64,000 nt of DNA. It comes from Candidatus Altimarinota bacterium (GTDB taxonomy: Bacteria > Patescibacteriota > Gracilibacteria > CAIRYL01 > GCA-016699755). The stretch lies in NCBI GenBank assembly GCA_963664295.1, contig OY760935.1, positions 1,056,001 to 1,120,000 on the forward strand. The letters are read 5' to 3'. Below the pieces are notes generated by a model, which saw nothing but the letters and a program-made list of their open reading frames with translations, was not told the origin of the DNA and did no database searches. Below, piece after piece: positions 1 to 11,702 of this stretch. The stretch's first letter is position 1. Every line of letters starts with the position of its first letter. Position numbers and translations under genes: made by a program.

Positions 1-3000
1 TAATGTTTGTCACACCTGGGTTAATTAAGAAATTGCCTGATTTATCTTGATTAAATGAAGGATTAGAAAGATAAGTTGGTGTCTTAAGAACAATAATTCC
101 CAAATTGCCACCATCAGTCATTTTTTGACCAATTCCATTAACAATATTTCCTTTTAGGTTTACATTACCACCGCTCACAATAATTGTGTAAGCTTTGCTG
201 TTTGGTATCTCAAGGTCACCATTGATATTTAAGGTGAAATCTTCTCCGTGGAACCAGGCAATTTTGCCATTTTCAAGAATTTCTGCTTTTTCTTGTCCAG
301 GCAAAGGATTAAATATGTCGTCCCAATTATTTACTGTCACGCTTGAGCCAGCAATATGATCATCAAGAGATTTTTGCCCCTTGGTTGCAGAAGCAACATT
401 TCTTTTGATTAACTCTGACATGTCTGTAAACGCAGATATGCTTCCTGTTTCAATAAATCTTGTTTTTGCTGGATTAGAAATAGAATCTTCAACTACATTT
501 TCTCCTGCTGCTAAGCCTTCAATAGAAATTTTTCTATCAATTAACGAGCCAGCACCTTCTTCTATAATCAGCTGATGTTTTACTTCTTCACTTCCGTCAT
601 TATCATAGCTAACAAAAATATTCATTCTTGTGCCAATATCCATGCCAGCGATTGCATCTTCATCAAGAAGAGACTGCTCTGTTGCTAAAGTGAAGTAATT
701 TGTTGTGCCATAAGGCCATGTAATAGAATGTGGTGCGTTCATAAGTTCTGTACTCATAATTCCGCTTTCAATTCCGTTAAATGTAAATGGATTATTAAAA
801 CTATAATTCTCACTAGCTTCTTCTAAGTAGCTTTGTAGAACACAATCATTATGGCAATAGCCAGGCAAAGGATTACTAGCACCTTCTGTGCCATCATAAG
901 AAACTGTTGTCACATTGCCGTCATTGTCTATGTCAACAAGACGAGTTTTATTATAAACAATACTAGCTATATCCTGTCCATTGTTTTGATCATAGGCAAA
1001 CATTTCTGCCAAAATATCAGCTTCTTCTATTGTTTTACTTTCATCACCGTCATCGTTATTAACAACTGTGAAGTTTATAATTGCATCTTCATCATTATTG
1101 AAGATAATATTTTCGAATTCCATTGGAGCACCATTTTCATCCACTAGCTCTCCTGCAAGCATGGCTTTGAAATCAACGCTCCTGTTAAGCATTAATTTAC
1201 AATCATTTTCATTATCACAAGAGCCGACCTCACCAAATCCTGGTTCGTTTATGATAACAACTTCAATGTTTGCCAAGGCTAAAGTATTATCAGAATTATC
1301 ATTAGTTTCTTGATAATAAGTTGGTGCAAATGAAGTGACATCAAAAATAATTGGATTACCATCAGGATCAAAAGTGACCTCATCATAATTGCCATTACGC
1401 ATTTCGAGATTTGCTCCAATATAATCATATTCAACAGGTTCACCATTATCAAATTCAGGTTTTGAATATTGATCATAATCAACAGTGTTCAAGAAATTTG
1501 CTTTTACAAAAACTGTTTTTAGTGGATCACCTTCTCCTGGTCCAGCTTGAATAGTTTCTGAAACAATTGGATGACCAAACTCATCACGAACATCAAGAAG
1601 TAGTCTATAATAATCTTCGCCATTCGCATAAGGATCATCTGTAGGCTCTGTGAACACATAAGTATTTGTTTGTGTAAAATCAGGAGCTCCAGCAACTACT
1701 TGTATGGTGTGGCGTGGAAGTTCAAGTAAATTACCAGCGCCATCAGTAACATTGCCAATAATTTCATAAATACCTAATTGTGTTGAAATATCTGTACCCA
1801 ATAAGCCATCAGTTGGTGATAAATCAAGTCTAAGTTCTTTAAAATAACAATCTTCGTCTGGATCGCTAGCACAACTTGCAATGGCGTCTTCACAAACAAT
1901 TTGATATTCTTTATTGTCACTAGCTTGAATTTTATTTTCTTCGTCAGAATTATCTGGATCGTAATAAATTAATTCCATGTCTATATTTTCATTGTTTGTA
2001 TCAAGTATTCCTCCTGGGCAATAAAAACCACTATCACCATCAATTTCTTCTATTGCTAGCAAGATTGTGTCTTGATTGCGTTTTGCTGAAAAAACATAGT
2101 TTTGCGTGTTTTCAGGGCTAGCCACAGGTGGATTAGGATCAGGTATCCATTCACCAACAGCAAAGAAATTGATCATAGCATTATCGCCTGATATTGTTTC
2201 ATATCTATTAAAATCAACCCAGCCAATTGAATCATTCCAAGCATAACCCGCAAATCCACCGTCGTTCATAATGTTTACTTGTAGTTTTTCAACATTAATT
2301 GAAGGAGGTATAAATCCGCATTGTGCAGGGAATTTGTCACAAATATAACTTTGGTCATTAAAATAAAGATAGCCACCAAAATCTTGTAACCATGCTTTTC
2401 CGCTTAGTTCACCTCTTTTGCTGTTTTTAACTGCAAAGTCATTAACATCACAAATATATTCATCATTGATTTCAATTAAGCCATCATTGTTCATATCTCC
2501 GCTTATTTTACAGTTCATGCGGATTTTTCCTAAGTATTGATTCCAGGCATAACCCAGAAGCTCAGTTTCATTAATATAAACACCAAGACCTTTTGGATTA
2601 AAATCAACCCAGCCTATGCTCATATCGTTGAGCATTTCACTTATATTATAAGCAAATCTGTGTAGTCTTTTTTCTTCATCAGTGCCTGGAAATCTAATAT
2701 TTTTTGTTCCAATATTACCAAATCCATCATCACTAATTTCAAGTAAATTAAAACTCCAAGGGGCATCTTGTTTGTTCACACTTTCACCATCTTGATCAGT
2801 AATAACAACTTGCCAAAAGTAAGCTTTTCCTCTTTCTAAAGGTGTATCTACAATAAATTCATATTCTCCTTGACCAATATTTTCTTTAAGCCCTTCCCAG
2901 TCGGTAAAATTTAAACCACTATCTTCACCGATTTTTGCATGAGCTGTAAAATTATTGCCTTGCTCATCATCTGTAAATTCAAATTTTATTACTGGAGTTG

Positions 3001-4933
3001 TGTCATATGTATCTGATCCATTATTAATTATTGCTCCTGCACCTTCAATCCAAATCATTTCATCATCAAGAGTAGGAGCTCTGTTTGCGACTGTAAAATT
3101 ACAGGTTTTTGTTTTTAAGTTATCATTACTATCAAGAACTTCAATTTTCCATTTATAATTATTAGTCGCAAAAGAATCAGCACTTGAAACCTGATGAGTC
3201 ACATTGTTTTCACTTGCTGTTGTGTAAGCAGTTTCAACTTCTGGTGAACTAAAATCATTAGACTCATCAATTTTTATGCGCCATTTATAATCTTGATTGT
3301 TTGGTTCAGTTATTTCTAGTGCTAATTCAGGAGTTCTGTCATAAACTGTCTCACCATCTGCAGGGTAAGCACAATTAATCTCAGCAGTAGGAGTTGTAAT
3401 AGTAAATTCTCTCAGGTAGCTATCAACTTTATTTGGTGTGTCATCATCGTCAGAAGTTTCAATTTGCCATCTATAACTTCCGTTAGTAAGTTCTGTAATC
3501 TGAACAGAGCTACTAACTGCATTTTGATCAATAATTGTTGAGTTTATAGTTTTTTCTTTAAATGTTTCCCAAATATCATCATCAGAATTATATTTTTCTA
3601 TTTTCAAAATAGAGCTTAAAGTTGTTCCAGGCTTATCTTTTATTGTAAAATTAAATTCATTAGTATAATTTGCAATTACCGCTCCACTGGAAGGTGTAAT
3701 TAAAATAACCTCAGGATCAGCTTTAATAGTAAATTCTTGTATATCAGAATAATCAGAACAAGTTTCATCTCCTTTGGTGCAAACTCGCCAGAAATATGTT
3801 TTTCCATCTTCTAATTCTGGAGTTGTATAAGAATAACCAGTAACTTCCTCTGTCACAACAGGATTGCTCCAGTTTATATCAGAAAGAGAAATTTCCACCC
3901 TAAATGTAGGCTGATTTATTTCAATAGTCTCAAAGTCAATCCAGCCAAAATTTTCACTCCACGCATGACCATGACTTTTTCCATTTTCATCTATGCAAAC
4001 ATTGAAATTATTTTCAATCAAAGAAGCTCGATTTACACATTCAAGTTCATTAACATTACAAGCACCTGCTCCTTGAGGAACATCTACCATGTCTTCACAT
4101 GAAAAATATATCCAACCAGCACCCTCTGCCCATGCTTTTCCAGAGAGATTATTGATCACAATATTTTCACCATTTTTTTCAACGGTTTTTTTGTTTGTGA
4201 CAATTCCAAAATCATCATCAATATTTGTTGACCCTGGTTCGCCATCAGAATCGAGAATAATCCAACCACTAGTTTCAGACCAAAGATGACCAACTAATCC
4301 ACTATTATATAATTTAGTTGCTATTTTTTCATTGTCGTGATCAGCAATAATTTGTCCAAGATAGTCACTAGCAATTTCGCCAGCAGTACCAAAGCCAGCT
4401 GTTTCACCAGAGAAAAATAATTCTAATTCTGTGTCGTATGTTTCTTGTCCATTATTTAATTTTTCCTCAAAAGCTTCTTGCCAAATATCTTCATTTTGTG
4501 GAGCTTGTGGTTCAAAAACAATATAATCACCTCTCACAGTAGCCAATAAATTACCGCTTTCACGAACATCAATATCAAAATGATAAATTCCATTTTCTAT
4601 TCCGTTTGCTGAAGTTAAATAAAAAGGCATTGAAGCAGTAGAATTTTCAGCAATAGTTAAAAAATCACTGTCAAATTCATAGGCCCAACCAGTAGGAACA
4701 GAAGATGTTAAATCAACAGTAATTTCTTCGCTACTATTATTAGTGACATCAACTTGGTATTCTATTCTTTGTCCCTTTTTTCCAATATTTTTAATTGGAT
4801 CAATGCTAACTTGATATAAGCTTAAAGCTCTAGTGGTAATAAAAGCACATAAGCTCAAAGCAATAATAGCAATAGCAATAAAAACAATATTTTCTATTAG
4901 AAAAGCCTTATTTATTTTTATTTTTTTATTCAT
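1..4933 (-). CDS. Giant secreted/surface protein (>1640 aa, 3' end beyond window); repeated G(Y/H/K)AWxxxxGW(I/V)xF motifs and Ig/FN3-like modules
   Basis: Missing from ORF track because it has no stop in the window. Manual translation from ATG 4933: MNKKIKINKAFLIENIVFIAIAIIALSLCAF (signal/TM), motifs GHAWSENFGWIDF, GKAWAEGAGWIYF, GYAWNDSIGWVDF; same frame still open at position 1 (GGNLGIIVLK...GNFLINPGVTNI). Confidence 0.85.
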   Translation of the reverse strand, partial: MNKKIKINKAFLIENIVFIAIAIIALSLCAFITTRALSLYQVSIDPIKNIGKKGQRIEYQVDVTNNSSEEITVDLTSSVPTGWAYEFDSDFLTIAENSTASMPFYLTSANGIENGIYHFDIDVRESGNLLATVRGDYIVFEPQAPQNEDIWQEAFEEKLNNGQETYDTELELFFSGETAGFGTAGEIASDYLGQIIADHDNEKIATKLYNSGLVGHLWSETSGWIILDSDGEPGSTNIDDDFGIVTNKKTVEKNGENIVINNLSGKAWAEGAGWIYFSCEDMVDVPQGAGACNVNELECVNRASLIENNFNVCIDENGKSHGHAWSENFGWIDFETIEINQPTFRVEISLSDINWSNPVVTEEVTGYSYTTPELEDGKTYFWRVCTKGDETCSDYSDIQEFTIKADPEVILITPSSGAVIANYTNEFNFTIKDKPGTTLSSILKIEKYNSDDDIWETFKEKTINSTIIDQNAVSSSVQITELTNGSYRWQIETSDDDDTPNKVDSYLREFTITTPTAEINCAYPADGETVYDRTPELALEITEPNNQDYKWRIKIDESNDFSSPEVETAYTTASENNVTHQVSSADSFATNNYKWKIEVLDSNDNLKTKTCNFTVANRAPTLDDEMIWIEGAGAIINNGSDTYDTTPVIKFEFTDDEQGNNFTAHAKIGEDSGLNFTDWEGLKENIGQGEYEFIVDTPLERGKAYFWQVVITDQDGESVNKQDAPWSFNLLEISDDGFGNIGTKNIRFPGTDEEKRLHRFAYNISEMLNDMSIGWVDFNPKGLGVYINETELLGYAWNQYLGKIRMNCKISGDMNNDGLIEINDEYICDVNDFAVKNSKRGELSGKAWLQDFGGYLYFNDQSYICDKFPAQCGFIPPSINVEKLQVNIMNDGGFAGYAWNDSIGWVDFNRYETISGDNAMINFFAVGEWIPDPNPPVASPENTQNYVFSAKRNQDTILLAIEEIDGDSGFYCPGGILDTNNENIDMELIYYDPDNSDEENKIQASDNKEYQIVCEDAIASCASDPDEDCYFKELRLDLSPTDGLLGTDISTQLGIYEIIGNVTDGAGNLLELPRHTIQVVAGAPDFTQTNTYVFTEPTDDPYANGEDYYRLLLDVRDEFGHPIVSETIQAGPGEGDPLKTVFVKANFLNTVDYDQYSKPEFDNGEPVEYDYIGANLEMRNGNYDEVTFDPDGNPIIFDVTSFAPTYYQETNDNSDNTLALANIEVVIINEPGFGEVGSCDNENDCKLMLNRSVDFKAMLAGELVDENGAPMEFENIIFNNDEDAIINFTVVNNDDGDESKTIEEADILAEMFAYDQNNGQDIASIVYNKTRLVDIDNDGNVTTVSYDGTEGASNPLPGYCHNDCVLQSYLEEASENYSFNNPFTFNGIESGIMSTELMNAPHSITWPYGTTNYFTLATEQSLLDEDAIAGMDIGTRMNIFVSYDNDGSEEVKHQLIIEEGAGSLIDRKISIEGLAAGENVVEDSISNPAKTRFIETGSISAFTDMSELIKRNVASATKGQKSLDDHIAGSSVTVNNWDDIFNPLPGQEKAEILENGKIAWFHGEDFTLNINGDLEIPNSKAYTIIVSGGNVNLKGNIVNGIGQKMTDGGNLGIIVLKTPTYLSNPSFNQDKSGNFLINPGVTNI

Positions 4934-4934
4934 T

Positions 4935-5978
4935 TTAAAGTAATGTGATACATTCGTTTTTTATTTTTTCATCAGTAATTTTGAGGCAATATTCTTCTTT
5001 TCTCTCTTTTTTTGCCCTCAATGACCAATATAAGTTGATTTTTTCTTCATCCTTAAAACAAGCTGTTTTTATTTCTGGATTAACAATTTTTTCGCAATAA
5101 TTAACATCCCTATAAATGCGCATTGCTTGAAAATTTGCTTTATCTTTACATTTTTGTTTTAGTTCAGCGTCTATAATAGAAGCACAATTAGCAGCATCAC
5201 CTTTTTCTACTGCCTCTTTTGCCCAATCATTTTGAGTTATTTTTTTGACATTATTTTTACACGCGTCTTGTTTTGTTTGATTGCTAATTTTGTCACATAT
5301 TTCTAAGTCTAAATTTTCTTCAGCTTCTTTTGTGTATAATTCATCAACACATTCTTGGCGTAATTTATTGTCTATAATCGTTGAGCAGTCATCACTGCTA
5401 TCAGCATTTTTTGTTTGAAAATGAGCCATACATTTTGCTCTTAGGTCTTTATTTGTGATATTGCGACAATCTTCAGGAGCGCTTGCTTTTAATAAGTTTT
5501 GTTTATCAGCAATATCAAGACATTGTTCCTTTAGGGCTGAGCTTTTTATTTCTGCACATTTTTCGTAATTTTTTTGAGAAATTACAGTTTTAAGGATAAT
5601 TTGATCTGCACAATATTCAGCAGTGCTTTTGTCTTCAATTTTTTCACAAAGGGATTGATCATTGATTTCCAGGGCTTTTGCTAGCCTTACGCTGTCAAAA
5701 CATTTTTTGCGTACATCATCATTTTTAATGTCATGACAAATGTTTTCATCTGTTTGCACAAGTGCTTTTTTGAGTATTATAGAGTCAGAGTCTTCTTTTT
5801 TTACCTCTGCCTCTAGATCAACTTCTTTTTCGCTTTCGCTATCTTCAATAACAGTTTCTTCAGGGGGCAATTCATAATCAGATTGCATTTTTTGTTGCAG
5901 ATAAATGCCCAAAAAGGCTATAAGTAGCCCCAAGGCGAGCATTATTCCAACACCTGCTAGAAATTTTTTTTGGTTCAT
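4935..5978 (-). CDS. Membrane-anchored Cys-repeat protein (C-x2-I-x7-C repeats)
   Basis: N-terminal TM helix followed by many CxxIxxxxxxxxC units; abuts giant surface protein gene. Confidence 0.8.
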   Translation of the reverse strand: MNQKKFLAGVGIMLALGLLIAFLGIYLQQKMQSDYELPPEETVIEDSESEKEVDLEAEVKKEDSDSIILKKALVQTDENICHDIKNDDVRKKCFDSVRLAKALEINDQSLCEKIEDKSTAEYCADQIILKTVISQKNYEKCAEIKSSALKEQCLDIADKQNLLKASAPEDCRNITNKDLRAKCMAHFQTKNADSSDDCSTIIDNKLRQECVDELYTKEAEENLDLEICDKISNQTKQDACKNNVKKITQNDWAKEAVEKGDAANCASIIDAELKQKCKDKANFQAMRIYRDVNYCEKIVNPEIKTACFKDEEKINLYWSLRAKKERKEEYCLKITDEKIKNECITLL

Positions 5979-6093
5979 TTTTGTTTTTTAGCGCGCTTAA
6001 AATTTTTATTTTTCATATAATATTAACACAAAAAAACCATTTTTACAAGATTTATTGTCTTAATTTTCTTGCATAATGCATTATAAAAAATTC

Positions 6094-6134
6094 TTGACTT
6101 CTAATTTTTAGCACTCTAAAATAGAGAGTGCTAG
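6094..6134 (+). promoter_or_regulatory. sigma70 promoter (TTGACT-17-TAAAAT) overlapped by CIRCE (HrcA operator)
   Basis: TTAGCACTC-taaaataga-GAGTGCTAG at 6108-6134 is the CIRCE consensus with one mismatch; its 9-nt spacer holds the -10 box; directly upstream of clpB. Confidence 0.9.
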
Positions 6135-6150
6135 ATTTAATAAAAAATCT

Positions 6151-8688
6151 ATGAAAAATAATTTAACAATCAACACACAAAAGGTCATTGAAGCATCTCT
6201 TGCAATCGCAAAAGAAAACTTTAACCAAGAAGCTATAGTAGATCATTTATTATTGGCATTGATTTCACAAAAAGAAAGCGTGGTGCCAATTATTTTAAGA
6301 AAATTAAATATAAATTTAAATGGATTAGCAGGTGAATTAAGCCAAAATATTCAATTATTACCAAAAGTAGAAGATGTTGGTCAGCAATTTGTATCAACAG
6401 AATACAAAAAAATACTCGATCAAGCCGAAAAAGAAGCAAAAAAAATGGGCGATGAGTATATTTCCACAGAACATTTATTATTAGCTTTTGCTGATTTAGA
6501 TAATCCAATAATTAAAAAATACAACTTAGATAAAAATAAAATTTTAGAAATATTGAAAAACATAAGAGGAAATCAAAAAATCACAGATGATAGCCCAGAA
6601 TCAAAAATGCAAGCACTGGAAAAATACGCCCAAAATTTAACCAAAAGAGCAAAAGAAGGAAAAATAGACCCAGTTATTGGTCGAGATGAAGAAATTAGAA
6701 GAGTTATGCAAATTCTTTCTCGCAGAACAAAAAACAACCCAGTGCTAATAGGCGAGCCAGGCACAGGAAAGACAGCAATAGTTGAAGGCTTAGCCCTGCG
6801 TATTTTTCATGGTGATGTGCCAGAAACTTTAAAAAATAAAGAAGTAATTTCACTCGACCTTGGATTATTAGTAGCAGGCACAAAATATCGTGGTGAATTT
6901 GAAGACAGATTAAAAGCAATATTAAAAGAAGTTGAAAAAGCAGAGGGAAATATAATTATGTTTATTGATGAGCTCCATACAATAGTAGGAGCAGGTGCTG
7001 CTGAGGGGCAAATGGATGCTGCAAACATGATAAAACCACAGTTAGCTAGAGGAATTTTGAAAGTAATTGGAGCAACAACACTCAAGGAGTACCAGAAATA
7101 TATTGAAAAAGATGCCGCCTTAGAAAGGCGTTTTCAGCCTGTTTTTGTTGCTGAACCAACCCCAGAAGAAGCAATAGCTATATTAAGAGGAATTAAAGAA
7201 AAATTCGAAGTTCATCATGGTGTGCGCATAACAGATTCTGCAATAATTGCCTCAGTTGATTTATCCGTGCGTCATATTCCAGATAGATTTTTGCCAGATA
7301 AGGCAATTGACCTAATTGATGAAGCAACAAGCTCAATAAGGCTAGAAATAGAATCCTTACCAACAGCATTAGACCAAATAAAGCGTAAAATAATGCAAGC
7401 AGAGATAGAGCTCGAAGCATTAAAAAAAGACGAAGATGTAAAAAAAGAAATAGAAAAAATTAAAAAACAAATTGCAGACCTAAAAGAGGAAGAAAAAGCC
7501 CTTTCTCTTAAATGGCAAGAAGAAAAAAAGGTTTTAGAAAAAATTAAATCTAAAAAAGAAGAAGTAGATCAGTTAAAAATAGAAGCAGAAATGCTCGAAA
7601 AAAATGGAGACTTAAGAGGCGTAGCGGAAATAAGATATGGCAAATTGCCAAGCATAGAAAAAGAAATAGAAAAATTAAGCAAAAATTTAGATAAAGAAAA
7701 TAGCTTATTGCGCCAGGAAGTGACAGAAGAAGACATTGCGCGCGTGGTTTCTCGTTGGACAGGAATTCCAGTAGAAAAAATGCTCGAATCAGAAAGTGAA
7801 AAATTAACAAAAATGGAAGAATTTTTATCAAAAAGAGTGATAGGACAAAAGCAAGCAATTAAGGCAGTGTCAAATGCAGTGCGCAGAAATAGGGCAGGCA
7901 TAGGCGAAGAAGGCAGGCCAATAGGATCATTTTTATTTCTTGGTTCAACAGGAGTAGGAAAAACAGAGCTGGCAAAAACTTTAGCAGAATTTTTGTTTGA
8001 CGATGAAAAATCCATGGTTAGATTGGATATGAGTGAGTTTATGGAAAAACATTCAGTTTCTAAGCTGATTGGTTCACCCCCAGGTTATATTGGTTTTGAC
8101 GAAGGAGGTCAATTAACAGAAAAAATTCGCAGAAGACCATATTCAGTAGTTTTGTTTGATGAAATAGAAAAAGCACATCCAGATGTGCTTAATATTCTTT
8201 TGCAGATTATGGATGACGGGCGCCTCACAGACACAAAAGGTCGCACAGTAAGTTTTAAAAACACAGTAATTATAATGACTTCAAATGTTGGCTCTCATTT
8301 AATTACAGCTGAAAAATTGGAGCCAGTTGCTTTGGAAATGAAATATAAAGAAGAATTAAATAAATTTTTTAGACCGGAATTTTTAAACAGAATAGACGAA
8401 ATAATCACATTCCACACACTTCAGCCCGAAGAAATTCGACAAATTCTTAATTTACAAATAAATAATTTGGAAAAAAGACTATTCAAAAAAGGAATAAAAA
8501 TTGAAGTAAGTGATAAAGCAAAAGAATTATTGGCAAAAAAAGGCTATTCCCAAGTTTATGGCGCCAGACCACTAAAAAGATTAATTCAGACAGAATTAGA
8601 AAACCCAATAGCACTCAAAATTGTTGAAGGCAAAGCAGAGAAAAAGCTAAAAATAGATGAAAAAAAAGAAGAAATTGTAATCCAATAA
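6151..8688 (+). CDS. clpB: ATP-dependent chaperone ClpB
   Basis: Two AAA+ modules ([16 protein letters not shown]), N-terminal Clp repeats, middle coiled coil. Confidence 0.95.
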   Translation: MKNNLTINTQKVIEASLAIAKENFNQEAIVDHLLLALISQKESVVPIILRKLNINLNGLAGELSQNIQLLPKVEDVGQQFVSTEYKKILDQAEKEAKKMGDEYISTEHLLLAFADLDNPIIKKYNLDKNKILEILKNIRGNQKITDDSPESKMQALEKYAQNLTKRAKEGKIDPVIGRDEEIRRVMQILSRRTKNNPVLIGEPGTGKTAIVEGLALRIFHGDVPETLKNKEVISLDLGLLVAGTKYRGEFEDRLKAILKEVEKAEGNIIMFIDELHTIVGAGAAEGQMDAANMIKPQLARGILKVIGATTLKEYQKYIEKDAALERRFQPVFVAEPTPEEAIAILRGIKEKFEVHHGVRITDSAIIASVDLSVRHIPDRFLPDKAIDLIDEATSSIRLEIESLPTALDQIKRKIMQAEIELEALKKDEDVKKEIEKIKKQIADLKEEEKALSLKWQEEKKVLEKIKSKKEEVDQLKIEAEMLEKNGDLRGVAEIRYGKLPSIEKEIEKLSKNLDKENSLLRQEVTEEDIARVVSRWTGIPVEKMLESESEKLTKMEEFLSKRVIGQKQAIKAVSNAVRRNRAGIGEEGRPIGSFLFLGSTGVGKTELAKTLAEFLFDDEKSMVRLDMSEFMEKHSVSKLIGSPPGYIGFDEGGQLTEKIRRRPYSVVLFDEIEKAHPDVLNILLQIMDDGRLTDTKGRTVSFKNTVIIMTSNVGSHLITAEKLEPVALEMKYKEELNKFFRPEFLNRIDEIITFHTLQPEEIRQILNLQINNLEKRLFKKGIKIEVSDKAKELLAKKGYSQVYGARPLKRLIQTELENPIALKIVEGKAEKKLKIDEKKEEIVIQ

Positions 8689-8750
8689 TTTTTTTAGACA
8701 ATAAAAAAAAGAACTGCACACATTCTTTTTCTTTTATCAATTTAGTTGAA

Positions 8751-9002
8751 TTAGTCTCTTGGTCTTGCTTCGTTAACAACAAGAGCACGGCCATTTAATT
8801 CATAGCCATTTAATTCTTCGATAGCTTTGTCAGCATCTTCGTTATTAGTAAAGGTAACGAAGCCAAACCCTTTAGAACGTCCGGAAAATTTATCTTTCAA
8901 GATAATGTGATCTTCAATTTCACCATGTTGTTCAAATAAAGCTTTTAAGTCATCATCAGTTGTACTCCATTCAATATTTCCGATAAATAATTTTTTTGAC
9001 AT
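8751..9002 (-). CDS. RRM RNA-binding protein
   Basis: RNP2 LFIGNI, RNP1 KGFGFVTF, VNEARP ending. Confidence 0.93.
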   Translation of the reverse strand: MSKKLFIGNIEWSTTDDDLKALFEQHGEIEDHIILKDKFSGRSKGFGFVTFTNNEDADKAIEELNGYELNGRALVVNEARPRD

Positions 9003-9229
9003 ATTTTTTAATTTAAAAAGTAATTATTCACAAACTTATTTCTTTTGAAATACTAACTAAACTGTGCACTTTTAACCTGAAGTATTTTTTAAAGATTTAA
9101 AGTTTGTTGTTTAACTATAAACAAGTTTTCATAAAAAGCAAGAAATAAAAAAAATAAATTTTTTAAAACAAAAAACTGTTAATTCATAAGTTTATTTAAT
9201 ACAATAAAAATTGATTTTTTATAAAAATA

Positions 9230-10975
9230 ATGTGCGGAATTTTTGCAGTTTCAGGAAAAGAAGAAAACGCAGGCGAGGTAGTTCTAAAGGGATTAAAACT
9301 ACTCGAATACAGAGGTTATGACTCTTGGGGAGTAAGCGTAAAAAAAGCAGATCAGGCAACAGAAGTAAAAAAGAATATTGGAAAAATATCCAAAGTTTCC
9401 TGTGATTTTGTCGCAGGAACAGAAGCAATGGGGCATTCCCGCTGGGCAACACATGGCGGAGTGACCAAAAAAAACGCCCATCCACACAAAGTTGGCAAAG
9501 TGACCATAGTCCACAACGGTATTTTTGAAAATTACTTAGAAGTCAAAAAAGAATATCCAAAACATACCTGTGTCTCAGAAACAGATACAGAAATAATCGC
9601 AGTATGCATCAATGACCTCATAGAAAAAGGCAAGAAGCCATTAGACGCAATTCGACAAACAGCAAAAAAAATCACAGGTCGATTTGCAATATTAGTCATG
9701 ATAGATGGAACAGAAGGGATTTATGGCGCGCGCCGAGGCTCACCACTAATTATAGGCAGAGGCAAAAAAGAAACCTTTATCGCCTCCGATATTCCAGCAT
9801 TTTTAGAGAAAACCAATACAGTAAATTATCTCGATGACAATGAAATGGTTTATATTAAAAATGGCGAAGCAATTTTTTATGATTTACTTAATGGAAAAGA
9901 GATAAAAAAACGCAATATAGCAGTGCAATGGAGCAACACAGAAGCAGAAAAAGGAGATTATCCCCACTTCATGATTAAGGAGATATTTGACCAAAAAGAT
10001 ACAATCACTAGAGCAATAAATCACCCAGATACAGAAATAAAGAAATTCATTAAAATATTACAGAAAGCCAATGGAGCATATTTTATAGCCTGTGGCACAG
10101 CACATAAAGTAGCCATGTCAGCAGAGTATTTTTTTACAGAAATATCCGGCAGAAAAATAAATGTAGTGCCTGCCTCCGAAATGAAGTATTTTGAAAGATT
10201 TATCAACAAAAAAACAGCCATGATCGCAATTTCTCAATCAGGAGAAACAGCCGATGTGCTTGAGTCGCTCGAAAATGGAAAGAAAAAAGGCGCAAAAATA
10301 CTTTCCATGACCAATGTCGAAAGTTCTTCAATTGCTCGCATTTCCAACGCACATTTACCAATAAACGCAGGACCAGAAAAAGCAGTAGCATCAACAAAAG
10401 CTGCCACAGCACAAATGGCACTTTGTTTATTGCTCGCTTATGCAGATGCAGGCAAATTAAATCAGGGAAAACAAATCCTCAATATAACAGCTGGCAGTAT
10501 CAACGACATGCTCAACCCAAGATATGAAAACTTAATCCGTAAAATTGCCAAAAAAATCGTAAATAATAAAAATTTATTCATCATTGGCAGAGGTAGCTTA
10601 TATGCAATGGCGTTGGAGTCAGCAATAAAAATACAAGAAGTTTCATACATAAATGCACAAGGATTTGCAGCAGGAGAACTAAAACACGGACCAATAGCAT
10701 TGATAGAAAAAAACACCCCCTGTGTTGTTTTGGGAGACGACATGGAAACAATCTCCAATGCAATAGAATTAAAAGCCAGAGGAGCAAAAATAATCGGCAT
10801 AGCACCAAAAAAGGCCGAGGTTTTTGACGAATGGATAAAAGTGCCAGATTGTCAATCAGGTCAGGCAATAGCTACAATAATCCCAGTGCAGATTTTGGCT
10901 TATCATTTAGCTGTTTTGCGCTCACTAGATCCAGACATGCCAAGAAACTTAGCTAAGTCTGTGACGGTGAAGTAG
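9230..10975 (+). CDS. glmS: Glutamine--fructose-6-phosphate aminotransferase
   Basis: MCGI N-terminus, LEYRGYDS, GHSRWATHG, C-terminal PRNLAKSVTV. Confidence 0.97.
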   Translation: MCGIFAVSGKEENAGEVVLKGLKLLEYRGYDSWGVSVKKADQATEVKKNIGKISKVSCDFVAGTEAMGHSRWATHGGVTKKNAHPHKVGKVTIVHNGIFENYLEVKKEYPKHTCVSETDTEIIAVCINDLIEKGKKPLDAIRQTAKKITGRFAILVMIDGTEGIYGARRGSPLIIGRGKKETFIASDIPAFLEKTNTVNYLDDNEMVYIKNGEAIFYDLLNGKEIKKRNIAVQWSNTEAEKGDYPHFMIKEIFDQKDTITRAINHPDTEIKKFIKILQKANGAYFIACGTAHKVAMSAEYFFTEISGRKINVVPASEMKYFERFINKKTAMIAISQSGETADVLESLENGKKKGAKILSMTNVESSSIARISNAHLPINAGPEKAVASTKAATAQMALCLLLAYADAGKLNQGKQILNITAGSINDMLNPRYENLIRKIAKKIVNNKNLFIIGRGSLYAMALESAIKIQEVSYINAQGFAAGELKHGPIALIEKNTPCVVLGDDMETISNAIELKARGAKIIGIAPKKAEVFDEWIKVPDCQSGQAIATIIPVQILAYHLAVLRSLDPDMPRNLAKSVTVK

Positions 10976-11702
10976 GGGTGACTTCTGCAGAAAGTTCTTT
11001 TCGCATCAAAATAATTATTTCATCTATTTTACTGTTAATATTTTTCATAATTTTTTCAGAATCCATTTTGTTTACAAAAATTAATTCTTGAGCACTATTG
11101 AATTCTTCTATTAAGTAGTCAATTTTTTCACATAGTGTTTTTGAGAAGTAAATTTTGTTCATATAAAAGTATCTATGCATTTCTGGGATAACCTGAGTTA
11201 ATGTTAAAAATTGTATTAATTTTGTAGCATCCATTATTTTTTTGTACTCTTTGTCTTTTTTGTCTTCTGGTGCTATTGACCAATTTTCTATAGTTTTTTC
11301 AAAGTTTACAATTGTTTGCTTATCGTTATATTCTTTTATTTTGTTGAGACCAATACTTTGAAATGGTTTTTGAGTTGAATCTTGGTTATGAAGTAGTGCT
11401 TGAATTAACACTATTTTTTCTAGAAGCTCTAAATAAGATTTGTGTTTTTTGTGAACATAAACATTATAGTCTGTAATTTGACGATTATAATAATGTCCAA
11501 TAGACAAATAGTGTTTGTTAATTTTTTTCTCAATTTGCTCCCTAATGTTTCCCTCTAAGGATAAATAATGTTCATCAATTTTTTTTTGAACTCTTGTGTT
11601 AATTTGTCCTCTTAAGTTTTCTTTAAAGTAAAATTCATATAGTCCCCATATGGCAGACGCAGTTGTAAATAGAGATATTCCCAAGTATTTTAAGAGTTCC
11701 AT
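10953..11702 (-). CDS. Hypothetical protein with N-terminal TM helix
   Basis: 249-aa ORF, no recognisable motif, 23-bp convergent overlap with glmS, just downstream of tRNA-Ser repeats. Confidence 0.7.
   Translation of the reverse strand: MELLKYLGISLFTTASAIWGLYEFYFKENLRGQINTRVQKKIDEHYLSLEGNIREQIEKKINKHYLSIGHYYNRQITDYNVYVHKKHKSYLELLEKIVLIQALLHNQDSTQKPFQSIGLNKIKEYNDKQTIVNFEKTIENWSIAPEDKKDKEYKKIMDATKLIQFLTLTQVIPEMHRYFYMNKIYFSKTLCEKIDYLIEEFNSAQELIFVNKMDSEKIMKNINSKIDEIIILMRKELSAEVTPTSPSQT

Noticed and set aside
381-4289. Short ORFs listed in the track within the first 4.9 kb
   Set aside because: Antisense or off-frame shadows of the giant minus-strand gene
9003-9229. glmS ribozyme upstream of glmS
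   Set aside because: Region is almost pure A/T and shared with a divergent gene; no ribozyme core visible
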